Shown: one piece after another, positions 35,612 through 36,543 of the stretch | Position numbering within the stretch: the stretch's first letter is position 1 | How the letters are laid out: every line of letters begins with the position of its first letter | Virus record (IMG/VR): IMGVR_UViG_3300021412_000005 | Coordinates: 1 to 36,543 of that record | DNA: 36,543 bases | Strand: one strand, 5' to 3' | Source: a virus | Lineage: Duplodnaviria > Caudoviricetes | Made by a program: the position numbers and the translations under genes | The notes under the pieces: model-generated | The model's database searches: none | Told to the model about the DNA's origin: nothing | What the model saw: the letters and a program-made list of their open reading frames with translations, nothing else

Positions 35612-35985
35612 GGCTTTGCCTCGCGGGCTGCGGCGACCGCGACGACGAGACGGGCGATCGCTTGGTTGAGCGTCTCGCCGCGGACGTCGAGGCTTGAATC
35701 GCTACATGAGCGAATCCATCCTTGCACCCGCCAGACGACCAACTCATCGTCGTCGCCCTCGGGGATCTCGAACATCTCCAAGAGGCATCCGCGCTGACGC
35801 AGCCACGCCAGCATCTCGGGCTGCGTCGCCGCGTCCTCCGAGTACTTCGGCACCCAAAGCTCAGCACGCCCTGAGTCGTAGGCATCAGGCTTCGGCGGGA
35901 ACCACCACCCGGTTCCAACCTCCAGAGTCCATCCGAGCGCGGTGGCGCAGGCGAGGTCGAGTGCGCGGCCAGTGAGCGCGGTCAC
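35608..35985 (-). CDS. NinX / phage ABA-sandwich-like protein
   Basis: LTGRALDLACATALGW...VPKYSED...AIARLVV pattern. Confidence 0.65.
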   Translation of the reverse strand: MTALTGRALDLACATALGWTLEVGTGWWFPPKPDAYDSGRAELWVPKYSEDAATQPEMLAWLRQRGCLLEMFEIPEGDDDELVVWRVQGWIRSCSDSSLDVRGETLNQAIARLVVAVAAAREAKP

Positions 35986-36179
35986 GGCCGACCCTCAAGC
36001 GTCTCGCGCACGTTGATGGGCGTGTAGGTGGCGGCGACGCGCTTTGCGACCTTCCCGTCGCGCACCAGTTGGTTGAGCATCGCCAGCGCTCCCTCGTCGA
36101 ATGCGTTGCGTTGAATCCTGACGGCGGCGACATCGAGCGCCTGCCTGAGTTCTTCGAGTGGAGTTTCGAGTGGCGTCAT
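35982..36179 (-). CDS. Hypothetical protein
   Basis: MTPLETPLEEL..., 65 aa, coupled. Confidence 0.65.
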   Translation of the reverse strand: MTPLETPLEELRQALDVAAVRIQRNAFDEGALAMLNQLVRDGKVAKRVAATYTPINVRETLEGRP

Positions 36180-36424
36180 GGCTTCGGCTCCTCGGTGATG
36201 CGCACACGGCTCGCAGCTTCTTCCCTTTGCTTCGCCGCGAGCGCCAAAAGCCGCCTGGTCCACTCGGCCCCCATGCGTCGCAACTCGTCATCGGAGATGT
36301 CGCCAGCACAGACGCACCCGATTGGCTTGATGAGGAAGATCCCAGGGGCTGGGCCGATATCGATGCACACAGTGGCCTCCACGCTCATCAACTGCTCGTC
36401 GTCCTGGTAGCCAACGATGGTCAT
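36176..36424 (-). CDS. Hypothetical protein
   Basis: MTIVGYQDDEQ..., 82 aa, coupled. Confidence 0.65.
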   Translation of the reverse strand: MTIVGYQDDEQLMSVEATVCIDIGPAPGIFLIKPIGCVCAGDISDDELRRMGAEWTRRLLALAAKQREEAASRVRITEEPKP

Positions 36425-36543
36425 GGCTTCTCTTCCTCCGCATCGCGCTCTTCTTCGTCGAGGCACTCCAGCCGCGCCCGCACGTCTTCCGCAAGCTCGC
36501 CGAGGAACTCGCGGTAGTCCGATGGCGGGCAACCGTCGATCAG
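36421..36543 (-). CDS. 3' end of an acidic hypothetical protein (runs in from window end)
   Basis: ...LIDGCPPSDYREFLGELAEDVRARLECLDEEERDAEEEKP*. Confidence 0.6.
   Translation of the reverse strand: MIDGCPPSDYREFLGELAEDVRARLECLDEEERDAEEEKP

Noticed and set aside
1-36543. tRNA/rRNA genes, integrase/att sites, host assignment
   Set aside because: None recognisable by eye; the host cannot be assigned from this sequence alone

Overview
High-GC tailed-phage (or prophage) DNA with podovirus-like gene order; no host genes, RNA genes, integrase, polymerase, reverse transcriptase or CRISPR array are recognisable. Left arm (1-5800, mostly minus strand): small accessory genes, including a heptad-repeat protein, a pentapeptide-repeat protein, a SprT-like HExxH protein, zinc-finger proteins and a sigma-region-4-like HTH protein. 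This arm also has repeated leader motifs and a sharp C-to-G skew switch near 3880 that may mark a genome end or pac region. Plus-strand virion module (5822-32451): large terminase, two beta-rich proteins, portal, scaffold, DUF5309/SU10-type major capsid, FmdB-like zinc ribbon, an SGNH-esterase/head-tail-adaptor fusion, tail stabilisation protein, tail fibre, two membrane/lipoprotein genes and three ejection-type proteins, the largest 2046 aa with an ADP-ribosyltransferase-like insert. Right arm (32448-end, minus strand): a chain of translationally coupled small genes. Most notable are an indel-free 73-aa module found in-frame in three different virion genes, the esterase-adaptor fusion, and the ART-like insert. 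All family calls come from motif recognition by eye; no searches were run.
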